Shown here: positions 27,012 to 40,001 of the stretch, one piece after another
How the letters are laid out: every line of letters starts with the position of its first letter
Position numbering within the stretch: position 1 is the first letter of the stretch
NCBI GenBank assembly: GCA_026023565.1
Contig: JAPETS010000010.1
Location: forward strand, 62,001 to 126,000
Origin: Cirrosporium novae-zelandiae
Lineage: Eukaryota
Direction of reading: 5' to 3'
Length of the DNA: 64,000 nucleotides
The notes under the pieces: generated by a model
The model's database searches: none
Seen by the model: only the letters and a program-made list of their open reading frames with translations
Told to the model about the DNA's origin: nothing
Translations under genes and position numbers: made by a program

Positions 27012-28049
27012 TTACAGAGTCCACTTGACGTAATCTGGAAAATATGCATTGTGGATCCTGGTAGCGTAGTCGAGAATGATGGGGAATTCTTTTACTAGGG
27101 TTTGGGATTCGGGACATCTGTTATGATAAGGATGATAAGGATTAGCAATGACAATTACAGCTAGGTGAGCGAACGATAAGGTCTGCAGCAGTAGACCTAC
27201 GCGGTACAGACGAGCACAGATACAATGAATCCGAATAACGTTGCATCTGCCTCGGTGGGATGAACCCCCTGAAGAATCCAAAACGGCTTCTCGTTGCCGT
27301 TATCATCATAGTCGCTACCGACTTTCGATGCCCTGGAGGATATTAAAAGCGCATTGATGTTTTCCCAGATCTCGCGGCGGAAGGATCGGATCTCGTCGGC
27401 TGTGTAGCGGCTAGTGCCTTGGCCGTGTAGGGTTTTGGTCGTGGTGCGGTAGATTAGGAGTCCGACGATGATGCGGATGGGGTAGGGTAATGCGGAGAGG
27501 ATGTGGTCGCGCATGGGGTAGTAGTTCTCTAGCCAGCGTTCGCGGGTCTGGGTGAGGGGGGAGGAGTGTCAGCAAAGTGTTGCCCGTATATGTTAGGGTT
27601 TGTCCCTGAGTATAAAGAGGTAGTAAAAAAAACATGAGCCAGCCAGAGAAAGAAGCGAGAAATAGTAAATAGTAATAGTAGCTAGAACGACGAACATGAT
27701 AAAAATAAAGCTTATCCTCCAACAACGCACGAATAGCTAGATCTTGCGCCTTAGCCGTAGGCGAGATCTTCGCATTGATATCGGTGAGAACATCCCGCTC
27801 GACCAGGTGCTTGATGATGAGTGTAGAATCGCCAAGAGCTATTGCATCTGGTCCCGGACACTCTACATAAGGGATCTTGCCTTTCGGGGCCTTGAGCGTT
27901 GAGCCAGCTTCTGTGGAGTACGAAACGTCAGAGAAACGGAGTCGCGCCTCGAGCTTGGTGACGAAGGGGGACCAGACGTATTTTCCAGGGTCTAGCCAAC
28001 CGCGGTAGAGTATCAGTTTGGCTTCATGCTCTGGATTCGTGTCTAGCAT
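27012..28049 (-). CDS. Metaxin/FAX-like glutathione S-transferase-fold protein
   Basis: YVWSPFVTKLEARLRF..APKGKIPYVE..LGDSTLII..IRALLEDKLYFY; PTEADATLFGFIVSVL; final exon FPIILDYATRIHNAYFPDY; two introns. Confidence 0.88.
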
Positions 28050-28817
28050 TTTTCTTCTTTTCTTTTCTTTTCTTTTTTAGTTAGATTTAATCTTGACCAC
28101 TCTGGTATCACTGAGACTTCGATTTTTGTTATTGAATTATGTGAAGAGAGAGCTTAGGCTACAGAGTCCATCGTCACCTTTATGTAGTGAAACGGGAAAA
28201 CAGCTGACCCCGCATTGTGGCGTCGGAATTTGTCCACTCAGATTTGATTACGGAAACCCGAAACCATGTGACTGCGTGAGAAGGGTCGCGTCGCATTTTA
28301 TTAGCCAAAGATCCACTGTCATCGCTTTTTCTCTCTCCTCAATTCAAGAACACTGAACTCGAAGCATCATGGACGAAGACGAGGTTAATGCAAAATAATG
28401 TTAATTAGGGCTTGAGTACCACGTGCTAAAATTATCACTGTATACTTACGCGCTGATTACACGGCAATTAACGGCCGTGGGGGTTACAATCTTACGATCT
28501 TACAGTCTAGTATTCAGTCAAGTCACATCTAAGCCTATCAGAATTTATAAACAAGAAAAACGTCTGAGTACATACATGGCAGCAAGAGGGAAAAACAAAA
28601 AACCCAATTTCATTGATTAAAAGATTCCCAGTCATTTTTTTCCATCAAGACCCCACAGTCCCCACCCCACTCCCTGGTTCATTAAACTCTCTACCTTAAA
28701 AAACAAGAAAATTAAATAAATAAAAAAAATCATAAATCTCAATATCTCATACAGTAATACCGAATCCAAGAAACCCTAGGCTCGAATCCTAATATCATCC
28801 ATTCATCTATCTATCAT

Positions 28818-30686
28818 CTATGGAGCTTGTTGCCCCTGTTGTTCTCGAGCCTGATCCATAACCCGTGTAGCCTCGGCCATTTCCTCTTCTGTTGGCATGT
28901 TGACAATGAGGAGGTATAGGACGTGCTAGTAGGTTTCCCAGGTTAGTAAGTATTTGGTTTGATTTGGTTTGGTTGTAGGAAGCTAGGGGGCGGATGGATA
29001 GTGAAGGAAGGGGAATAAAAAAAAAACTTACATGTTTCAATATCCGTTTTATTCCGTTTCCTAGTAGCATTGTGCCTCCAAGGCCAACTCTGGAACCCCC
29101 CAGCATTCCTCCTCCGAGTCCTCCCATTTGGTTTGGGGGTTGTTGGTTTGGGTACTGTTGGTTCGGGTACTGTTGGTTCGGATATTGCTGATTTGGATCC
29201 TGTTGTTGATTCATTCTTCCTCTTCCCATCAACATACCACGATCTCCCATACCACCTCCATATGCCATAGCCATGCGACCACCACCCAGACCGCCCAAAC
29301 CCCCTCCCACTCCCGTGCCACGTCCGCCGAAGCCACCGACTCCGCCACCAAACCCCCCTCGTTGTGGCATGCTTAACTTTCCACCTGTGAGAAGAGCGAG
29401 CATGTCGCCACTGTTTGAAGGGTTGTTTGGATCTGAGTATCGAGATGTAAATGTGGGCTTTGGGCCGACAACCAACTTACTGTCGGGGTTCTTGCTAGCC
29501 TAGAAAGTCACAATGTCAGTATTACATCCCACCCAAAAATAGGACAAACAAAGAAAATATTGAATCGAAGAAATGTGGTGGAAGAAAGAGGAACATACAT
29601 ATTTTGCCTGTGCCCGTCTATCAAAGTATTCGCTGGTAAAGTTCGCTGCACTCTTCAACTTCTCCTTTTGCGTCTTAGCTTCCTGGCTATTATTTCCAGC
29701 TAGAGCATCAAGACTTGGGAAGACTAGGGGTGCAGTTTCTGTGAATGCAACACCGTTTGTATTTCCCATCGAAGGTCTCAAGCTATGCTTTGTCTTTTGA
29801 GCAATGCCTTCTGGAGGGGTGAGATTCGATTGGATTGTTTCGTTAATGTTAACTCCGACTTCCATGTCATCGGATTCGGGATTCCATGTCAATACCATAC
29901 AATAAAGGCCTCGAGGTCGGTAGAAATCATCATTGATTTGATCAAGGAAGCTGTTGTATCTGTAGAATAAATTAGTAAATGGCCCAATAATCTATCCAGC
30001 GTGATCAAGCCATACCTATGTCGACTCTGCATATTCTTAGCCACCTGAACTGTAAGCATGAGTGCAAGTGATGCGGCCTGAGAAATTCCAGTTGGCAGGT
30101 GCATAAAGGCAATACCAGCTAGATTTATAGCGTTGATCCATGGCGACGCTTGACTGGCAAGGTTAAAGGTTTCGAGAAAGTCGAGGAACATGGCCTGGTC
30201 CACTCCACAGTTCATCAGATCCGGCGCATAGGCTCTAATGAATCCACGAGCACGATTTTTGGGTCTGCGTTGTGGAAGAACGACGGGGAGAGGCAATTTT
30301 CCAAGTTGGACGCCTTGTGAAAGCGGATAATCATCGATAAAGTGTTGTGTGATCTTCTTGGGATCTCGTTCAAAGGGGCGGTTTTTGGGGTTGGGTGGTT
30401 CTCGAGCAACAAACTCGTCCTGTGCATCATCTAGATCCCATTGTTCCTCGTCGCCTTCTTCGAGTTCGCGGTCTCCTTGTTGCCCCGTACCGCTATGATG
30501 GTGCTCTTCGGGGGCAGGGGACTGTGAGCCAGATAATTCGCCCTGAGTCGTCGCGGCTTTTTTGGCAGCCTTCTTCTCCTTATGATGGTGGATGCTTTCG
30601 GATGCAAGACCAACACCGGCAGCGATACCTGAGACCACGAAACCGAGGCCTCCAAGGCCGGCGAAACCCCGTTCTCGATTATTCAT
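28818..30686 (-). CDS. Conserved fungal protein of unknown function (PVVLPQRRP..RGFIRAYAP family, BuaE-like) with Gly/Gln-rich tail
   Basis: VSGIAAGVGLASESI; LPLPVVLPQRRPKNRARGFIRAYAPDL..CGVDQAMFLDFL; YFDRRAQAKY; last exon HVLYLLIVNMPTEEEM ends at TAG 28818-28820. Confidence 0.8.
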
Positions 30687-31174
30687 GAGTATATTTATTA
30701 TTGGGAATTACTGTATTGGGGTGAAAGAAAGATGATGAAGGTATTGATTAAATGTTATCAACAAAGTTATCACCAGCTGGCGAGGCTGGATATTTAAACA
30801 GCTTGAGGGCGGGAAGGATTCAGAATTAATCTTCCCCACTCTCCAGTCAATTATTCCTTTTTCCATTGCAATATTCAGCTGAATTAGCATGCTGCGCTTC
30901 CTAACAGGGAGCACAAGCATTTATCGCCAACGGCTTGAGGAGCTTGTTTGATTTACTTCCACCGAGTTGCATCATAGTATGCAGGAACCCTAGTTCAGGC
31001 AACAGGAATCTACTCTTTGTACTACCTGAGCTTCTCATTGGCTGTAGATTCCTGTTATTGGTGACTTGTCGGTCGAATGTTGGTGAAGGATCTCGTTGTT
31101 AGTCAATTGAGGGGAGGCCGACACTGCAGTAGTTTGTTATCATTAGCAGGGATTGTCAAGGCTGAAAGTGTGTA

Positions 31175-31377
31175 CTCATATATGCTAGAAAGATCAGAAA
31201 AGACCCACCTGCTAAGGTCCGTGCTCACTAGCTGTGTGTAGTTAGATTCCATCAGCCGGAGGGACGCCAGAGCCTAAGGAAAACTAACGACGAAACTGGA
31301 AATTATCAGTTAAAGTGCAGACAGCTAAGACCCATGTCAAAATGTGGGTCTTTTCTGATCTTTCTAGCATATATGAG
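31175..31377. mobile_element. 203-bp Tc1/mariner-type MITE
   Basis: Perfect 34-bp TIRs CTCATATATGCTAGAAAGATCAGAAAAGACCCAC; TA dinucleotide on both sides; no ORF. Confidence 0.92.
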
Positions 31378-32482
31378 TAGCTTGTCCGAAAGCTTAGGTT
31401 AAACTTGGCATATCATTGGCTGATATACGAAACTAAAAAATTGGCTCACCACCTTACCATTTTCGGAACGAGACCGAGGGAACGAAACCGAAACCGAAGC
31501 GGGGGGACCGAAACCAAGTTAAAAAATGCATCAAAGCTTATCTCCACCATCCCTCTCTGCCAGTTCTCTCCAACTGCACTGCCTATCTACAGCCTCAACT
31601 ATATCAGATACGTCCGTAAGGAGGACGAATGAAAAGGTGTAGTACTGGACCTTGGACCTTAGGTGCCTACAGAACAAGAAAAAAAAAGAAAAAAGAGGAC
31701 GCCTAAGTTAGTACATCAGTGAAGTCAACAGTACTTCTTTCTCACTCGCTCACTTATCTCAACGTACTGCGAGTGCATCTAACTCCTCCCCCTCCACTGC
31801 TCCTCCAAATTTACCGTCAATCAATCAATCAATCAAAGTACTTCCACTCTAGATCCCAAATAAAAGATACAACATCGAACACGTATGCGTATGCATACAT
31901 TAATAAATCCACATTCAACCGAGACATATCAGGAACCAAAACACACATCGACGAGGTCAGATGGGGTCGAACAAGGGGTGCTCTGAACGGATTGGGTTCG
32001 ATGGGTACCTAAGTTAAACATAGGTGTAGATATAGATATAGACCTAAGATAAGGGGTGAGGGAAGAGGGAGGAGGTCGTTCGTAGGGAAGCCAGTTACAT
32101 ATACAATCCCAACCCCAGAATGCAAATGTAATTGTAAATGCTGGAACCAATGAACCAAGATTCAGACAACCAAAGATGGATTGAAGAAGCAAACAACAGA
32201 AGCTGACTATACTGTGTAAGAAGCGAGGCACCTAGGCCCCCTGAGTCCTGAGGAGGGAACCTGATAGACTATGCCTTAACGGTATTGCAACAGTGGACCA
32301 TGAGTGATTGGGGGATGATGGGTGATGAGGTTTATGATATATACATGATATAGGGAGTTGGGTTGAGTTAGTATAGAGGGGCTTCTTTGATAGTTACGGT
32401 TAAGATTACTCTAAGCGGGTTGATCGATCGGTAGTTGTACTGTCCAGGGATAGATGAATAGATAGATAGATAGATAGATTAA

Positions 32483-34700
32483 CTAGCTAGCCAACCTAAC
32501 CCAACTCAGCCCAAACCAATAGAGAAAGACATAGAATAAGCTTAACTTAAATCCTATACTTGGAGAACCCAAACAAATATATAACATCCCCAGAATAAGT
32601 AAGAGATTTAAGGGATTAAAGAACAAAACATCGCAATAGTAGGTGATCCTCCTCCTTTTGTGCTCTCGGCCAGTAGAATCCGAGGATTCTGTGTCCTCTT
32701 CCTCCTTTGCTCCCGCCTTTCGCAGTAACTCGGCAATTTCCTCGTTATTTTCAGATAGTGTGGCCTGCAATGCGCTGTCATAATATCCACCTTGGGCGTT
32801 AACGTTAGCACCGTTTTCAAGAAAAAGTTTAACAATTCCTGGATTTTGATTATATCCCGCCGCCGCCGCCTGCAATGCATTGCCATAATATCCATATTGG
32901 GCGTTGACGTCGACATTATTTTCGAGAAGTAGTCCCACGATATGCTTATCTCTACTAGCCGATGCTATCTGTAGTATACTGCCTTCATAAACTGTTTCCT
33001 CATCGCCGTCAGACTGTACTGACTCGTCTATTATGGCTATTTCTTCGGTATATGCGTTAACATCCGCATTATTTTTTAACAGCAGCTCAACAACCCCTTC
33101 ATTTCCATTAGACGTTGCTATCTGCAATGCGCTGCCGAATTTTCCACTATATGCGTTAACATCAACATTATTTTTTATCAGCAGCTCGACGATCTTTCTT
33201 TGGCCTCCATACAATGCCATTGGCAGTGCACTGCCTTTAGCTCCCTGCTCCAACAGCATTTGGACTACCACCGTATATCCAAGAAATGATGCGAGCCCAA
33301 GGCTAGTGTGGGGTGATGGATACCGAGCAATTTTATAAAAGTCCTTCCGGGCTCCCTGATATACTGGAAACCATACCCGATACCATTGGGAACTAGAGTC
33401 ACAGAGCTTGAGCACAGGATCTACTAGTTCATTTGCTTTCGCCTCAACTTTGCCATAATGAGTAGGCCAATTGCCTCGCTTTCTTCTTCCCCCGATAGCC
33501 TAATGATCGGTATTTTTTCGGTATTTTTTCGGTAATTTTGCGGAACTCGTCTTCTATTTTTGTATAAGGGCGACTTGTTACGAGGAGCTTTAGGGTTGCA
33601 TTTCTTGCATTGGTGTTGAATTGCCCAAATTCTCGAATAATGTCTTTTCCAAGCTCTTTACATTCGTCGAGGGCATCAATTATACATATAACATTCCCTG
33701 CATCATTGTTTGTTACCACCGTAAGGAAGAGCTCCCACAACGCTCTAAACCCCATGTTCTGGCAACCACCATCTTTCCTCACTATAGATATAGCACATTT
33801 GATGAGGTTAGGCTTCTGGTCGAAAAGCTGATGCAGTAAAACGCAGATAGCTGTTATAGGACTGCGCTGTACATCATTATCCTTGAAAAAGTAGTAGCAT
33901 GTGGAAAGTGATTTGCTGCTATCACTCGCAAGCTCATGATCAACTAGTGATTTTGCTAGGACGGACTTTCCACAGCCTGGATCAGCAGAAACCCAAAGCA
34001 GGTCGTCTTTTTGACTACGACGCCAGTTTTGGTATTTTTCACTTTTTAGAAACCATTTACAGGTCCCTTCGGTACGCTCTGGGTTCGTATCCTTTTGAGT
34101 TTTGTATTCGCAAACGTTGAAAGTTCCATGGAAATCAAGTTCTTCCTTTGTCTGTTCTCGATCCACTTTTTCCTGCAGCATGGTAATCCCTTTGCGATGG
34201 AGATCTGCATGATATATTAGTTTATCATTGAGGAAAAGTCTAAAATAAATTTGAAACAACATCTTGTAGTTATTTTGATGAATATTATAGAAAATGTATC
34301 TTCGGTACAATATTGAAGTGTAGGAAGTGTTAGGACAACGGGCAATACATAAACAAGGCGACTAACCATTTCCTTGTTCAACCACGCCTTTCAGCGCTTT
34401 AAAATCAATTGCTCTGTCTGTTTCTTCAATTTTCACCTTGGGGATGATACTCAAAAGCTCCTTAGCGTACGCTGAAGCTGTAGCGGCCGCGTACTTTTGC
34501 CAACGCTTGTTCTTATGTGAGTCAGCATAGTCGCAAATCCCTCGTACGACAAGGCATGGGAAGTTGTTCATTAATCCAGCTGCCTCCATCTCGAAACAAA
34601 GTACGTCGTCGAGATCTCTATTCCTCAACTTCGTTGAATATATCTGAGAATGGGTGTAAGGCATAATGTTGTGATTTGCTAGATCTGCCGGCATAAACAA
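32483..34700 (-). pseudogene. PNP_UDP phosphorylase-NACHT-ankyrin NLR remnant (5' truncated, internally deleted)
   Basis: [50 protein letters not shown] (PNP_UDP C-terminal half only); LWVSADPGCGKSVL; CIIDALDEC; 11-bp tandem duplication 33508-33529; the sequence jumps straight to NWPTHY and ankyrins of the VNAQGGYYxSALQA type. Confidence 0.85.
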
Positions 34701-35819
34701 GCACTTGTTGGGCGCAACTCAATAATTCTTAATTTAATGATTCCTACTTTATTCCTGCCGTTGCTCCCTTTTTCACCCCATCATCATAGGCATAAATAAT
34801 AGAGGATTATACAAGATATAAATCAGGGTCTTGGGGGAGGTTTTGGTAGTGACTTCCACCCGGCCTCCCACCCTCACCAGCATTCTGCTGCATATTGTCC
34901 CCAACCGCTAAGCCCCCTCAAATTGCAGTTTAAAAATCGTATACGAAAAGAATTCGAGGCCAAACTTAGGCTTTAGATATCGAGTATCAAGAGCCTCGAT
35001 ACATACAACAATCACCCAGGATGTTAGTCCGTACCTCACCCTAGTAGAATGCTTAGTTAGAATTTCAATAAAACATGGAATAATAAATTGAAAAAAGAAA
35101 TAAAAGTTTAGCAGTAAACATATATATCAAACCTCTAGTGATTCTAACTCCTTACATGAAGAGAGGGTTGTAGTCTGGGATGACAGTGAGGTGGCTGGCG
35201 AAGTTAATAATGTAGGAAGTAGATTTTTGGTGGGCGTGAACGGGTAACACAGTGTATGTATGGCCTACTTAACCAACTCCTGAGCAAGCTTCCATCCTTA
35301 TTAGGCGATGTAAATAGACAAAGCAATAAGAATCGCATTATTCCAAAATATAATTAATTAATGCAATAGACTAACTGCCTACCTAAAGTAGGTATGCGTC
35401 TTGCCGAGAAATTGGTTGGAACTTCGGCCAGAAATGGGCATAAACGGAGAAGCAGAAAAAATCTTTACTCCGCATTGTTGTTGGATGCCATGAATATCAG
35501 GTTGGATTCGATTCCCAAGAGCGTTAATTAGTGGGTGGTAACTGGTAGTTATTGGTGTTCTTCTCGCGTCACCCACATCGCTCGATCGCGCGAGATTAGA
35601 GTAGCGAGATTCCCCTAATAATGACAAAGATAAAGGAAACCGACAAATCGCTACGGGTGTTTGTTCGATAGGTCTAGCATATAGACGAATATACATGAAT
35701 GGCGTGATCATTACCGTCCACTCAATTCCATTCACAGAAACCACCAACCTAAACCCAGATCGATCCCAAACCGAATCCTTAAAATATGAATCGCGATCAG
35801 ATAGATGTCCAATCATGAC

Positions 35820-37385
35820 TTACTTCTCCTCCTTCTTATCTCCATTCATAGCATCCACAATCCCATTACTCAAATCTACATAATCCTCCACATAATCTCC
35901 TACCAATCCCGCAGTCTCATCTACAACATCCTCCATCCAATTAACCATATCCTTACTCTTGGCGGCTAGCTCCGTTGCCCGCGCCCGCATCCTATACCCC
36001 ATGCTCTGATGGGTCTCGTATTTCTGATCAACCGGAGAGAAAGCGGCTCGCGCTGCGGCGGTGGCTCTGTCGAGCGGGGGGGTCCGATTGCGGCGGAGGA
36101 TTTGGGTGAGGCGGGAGCAGGCGAACCAGAAGGAGATTATGAGGCCGTGAATCCGCTGTTTGAGGGCCATAGTGATGCCATGGGAAAGGAAAGCTTTAAG
36201 AACTTCGAGGGGGAGGCCCGAGTATAGGGAAGAGAGGCGTTTGTCTGAGGAGAGGTAGAGGGTGTAGAGAGCGGAAAAGGGATCACGATTTTGTTGTTTT
36301 GTGAGTTTGGGTGTTTGGGTTTGGGCCGAGGGTTGGGTGGGTGGAGTTGAGGATTCTTGTCCTTCCTTTTCTTTGATTTCGATGTATGAAGATTCGACTG
36401 AGGGTTCGACTGAGGATCCAACTGAAGGTTCCTTTTCTTTTTCTCCTTCTTCTTCTTTCTCTCCCTGCGCTGATTCATACTGCGCCCGAGCCTTCGCTAG
36501 ACAAAAGGGATATGTGATGCAGCTCGCAAAAGCCTTGCTGATCGCGGCCAAGAAGAAAGTTGCTGATGCAGGTGGGTTTGCCCTCCTACTCTTTGGTAAG
36601 ACCACCCGTTTTAATGTTTCGAACAAGAAAAAGGTAAGGGTTGGATTAAGTGTTAGCACCAGTGAAAACGAATAGCCGGACCAAAACCCTGACATGCCGC
36701 GGTGTGAACGGATCTTTTGAATAATAGCTTTGACCGACGGGACATCTTTAGATCCGCAAGTCTGCTTCTGCAATACCACATTCGAGATTGGTGTAGTTAT
36801 TAATTTCGAAAAGGCGCCAGAGACAAAACCAACAGAGAGTTCGGAGATGGGGGGGAGAGATTTGAGGGGTGATTTTCCGGGAATGGTTAAGGAACGGAGA
36901 CGTCGTTCACGAAGGAATGTGTACATGAGGAAGAAGAGAAACGAGTCCACGACCGTTTTTGTGGTGTCTTGTAGTAGACCAGCATAGAAAGCTAATATAC
37001 CACCCTCGTTGTCGTATATCTCCTGCGCGGTGCCTATGATGTCATCGAATGACGAAAAGAGTGAAGAGCTTGAGGAAGCGGATGGACGTTTTTGGGCATA
37101 ATTTCTTTGCACTTGTAAACGCGTTATTAGTAGGTCGACGGGATATGTCAAGACATTCGAGACTGCGGAGGCGGTTGATCCAGCCAGAGCATGACCAAGA
37201 GCTGGAAGGGTGGGGGAAGTAGAGGAAGCGGAAATTGGGTGGGTTCGGGCGATATGTTCATGATAAAGCTCAAATGCATCCTAAAGAAGCGAATTAGATG
37301 GCTCAAGGAAGAAGTCAATTGTTTGAGAAGGGGTTGATTGAGGAAGAGGTACCAATTGACTATTATATGGAGGTACGTCGTCCAT
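35820..37385 (-). CDS. ANT1: Mitochondrial-carrier-family protein, peroxisomal adenine nucleotide transporter type
   Basis: ALGHALAGSTASAVSNVLTYPVDLLITRLQVQ; GFWSGYSFSLVLTLNPTLTFF; ITYPFCLAKARAQ; LKAFLSHGITM; short first exon MDDVPPYNSQL followed by a GT-AG intron. Confidence 0.82.
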
Positions 37386-37988
37386 TATCAATGTTCATGG
37401 TCTTGGCATTAATTATCAGCCAAGATTATTTGGAGTTTTGAGAGGAGAATAGAAAATTAGATAGAGCGGCGATTTCGAAGAGTTGAAAGATGAGTTCATG
37501 AGTTTGATAGTGGTGTTGAGGTTGGGGTGGATTGAATTCAGGAATTATCATGTGACTTGGACTCCTCCTCTTTCACATGAAATCATTGATTAGTGGTAAT
37601 CGGAGTAATCAGGCGTGTGGGGTAGAAGAACTTCCCCATATTTTTTAATGCACCACATGAAATACTTCCTGCAAGTTTATGCTCGTCCTGTACTTGAATA
37701 ACTTGAACTTAAATTCTAAATAAACCTTCCTCGGGTAATCAAACATGGTCAAAGTAATGAAAACTGATACTTGGCACAATTTTGCACTTGGAAAGTAACA
37801 AGGTACATCAGGAATTTATTCATCCAGTCTCATCAAGTACCTAATCTATAAAATTTATTTTGTTCATAAACGCCTCTACCGGGCGCCCTTCATGCGCCTC
37901 CACATGTAGTTGATCCGTCTTGCTCCTTTATATCTGCAATGTGACATCAAACTCATCCGAACCCAACCTTCATTTCCCAAGTTTTAAT

Positions 37989-39335
37989 CTAAAACTTCAC
38001 AAGAACATCACGGGCCATCTCGAATTGTTCATCCGTCGCACAGATAAGAGTTTTGATAGCGTTTCCGCTTGGGGTGATGTCTGCGACCACGTCATCGGCG
38101 GGGTTGAGGTTCTTCTTCGAGTCAATGGTGAAGCCCAAGCAAGAGCATTGTTCAACAACGGCAGTACGAAGAGGATCGCAGTTCTCGCCGATACCAGCCG
38201 CGAATACCAAAGCATCAACCTTTCCGTTCAATGAGACGAAGTAACGGCCGACGAAACCAGAGACACGATCGCACATGATCTTGAAAGCCAATTGACAAGC
38301 TGGTTCAGGAGAGAGGGCGATTTCGCCAAAGTTGGCAGTACCAGTCATGGCCTTCCAGCCAGACTGTTTGTTCAGAATTTCTTCAGCCATGCTGATATGC
38401 AGATCCTTGGAGCTGCTTGTGCTTGGTCGACCAACGTCATGAGTAAAGTGGAAAATCAAACTAGGGTCAATGTCACCAGTTCGGGTGGCACCTGGTAGAC
38501 CAGCAAGTGGGGTCAAACCCATACTGTATAGATTATTAGAATCCCTTCCACTAGACGTTTCGAAAGTACTCACGATGTGTCCCAGCATTTTCCATTCTTG
38601 ATAGCGCAAGCTGATGCACCACTGCCCAAGTGAAGAGCAATCATGTTCAGATCCTCGGGTTTCTTTCCAAGGAATTTTGAGACCTCCTTCACCATGAAAG
38701 CGTAACTGGTTCCATGGAAACCGTATTTTCGGAGCTGGTTCTTGCGAGCAACGTCTTGATCAATTGGATATGTCTTGATGAAATCGGGCATGGTCTGATG
38801 GAAGGAGGAGTCAAAGTATGCAACATTGGTAGCCTTGGGGAGTTCCTTCACGCAAACACGCATGATAGAAAGGGCACCGGAGTTGTGTCTATGGTATGGT
38901 TAGCCTTTACTCCTCCAAGAGATGAATTCGAGCATACAGTGGTGCTAGATCAGCAATGCCTTCTAATTCCTTGTAACAGTACTCATCGACGATATGAGGT
39001 TCCTTGAAGTTTCCACCATGGACAACTCTGTGGCAAGCATATTTGATGGCATTGATATCCTCAAATTCTGGTAAATCTTGGTCTTTGATGAAGCGATCAA
39101 GGAGATAGTTGAACGCATCCTCTACATTCTGCAGACCCTTGACAACCTGACCCTTGATCTTTGTTGGTCCACGGATGTATTTTAATGTGACGGGATCACC
39201 ATTCAGATTGGAGATTTCAGCTTCAGCGAGCTTCTTTGGTTCGTCGGTCTTGTTGAAGTATTGGTAAACGGAGATTTTGACCGAGGAGGAGCCGGAGTTG
39301 ATGGAAAAGACGATATCGCCATATCTAGAGGCCAT
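37989..39335 (-). CDS. ackA: Acetate kinase
   Basis: SINSGSSSVK; HRVVHGG; LAPL-HN; FDSSFHQT; RKYGFHGTSY; LHLGSGAS; DTS-MGLTPLAGLPGATRTGDIDP; AAGIGEN; TDEQ; two introns. Confidence 0.97.
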
Positions 39336-39960
39336 TTTGATGAATAATCTAGTGAGATTGGAGATTTGATGATATGCTGAAGTTCGTTGGCGGAAATGTC
39401 GATATGTGAAAGGACTTTGGTTCTATATGGATTAGTTAAATGCTGGGAGCGGAAGATTGTTAGATTCGGAGAGGTCCATTCATGAGCTGTTTAGTGGAGA
39501 GCCGTCAAGACGAGCAGGTGATCGGAAAGCGGAAAGACATCTATCATCACGAATATCTAACCTATAGAGGAGGTGCGGATCCTATTAGGAGGTGTTTAGA
39601 CCGCAAGAGCATCCCAACTGTGTGAGAAGACTGTTACGGTAGCTTCAATAGCCCTAGAAAAGTTCCTGGAAGAGATTGAGGGATCCAGTTATGCCAGTCG
39701 TCAGTCCCCGAGTTGGAGGATGTGGATGTCAGTGGGTGTGTACCAGTCAAGGTGACGGAGCAACTATCGATGGTTAAGCAGGAGACGCATTGTGAACAAG
39801 GCTGAGAAAGTAACGGGGGGAAGGTGAAGGAAAGCAACCAAAAGGAACCAAAGTACCGAAACAACCAAAGAAATGAAAGCAACGGGAAACTTTCATCGGT
39901 GTACAGAGATGTGTAATGGGTTTGTAAGGTATGTATTTTTTATTGTTACAATGGACCTCA

Positions 39961-40001
39961 CCAAGTACTACCAAGTGCTACCAAGTGCTACCAAGTACTA
40001 C
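39961..40001. repeat. 10-bp tandem repeat x4 in the ackA-xfp intergenic region
   Basis: CCAAGTACTA CCAAGTGCTA CCAAGTGCTA CCAAGTACTA. Confidence 0.9.

Noticed and set aside
35379..35816. 145-aa minus-strand ORF directly after the ANT1-like stop
   Set aside because: No recognisable motif; most likely 3' UTR.
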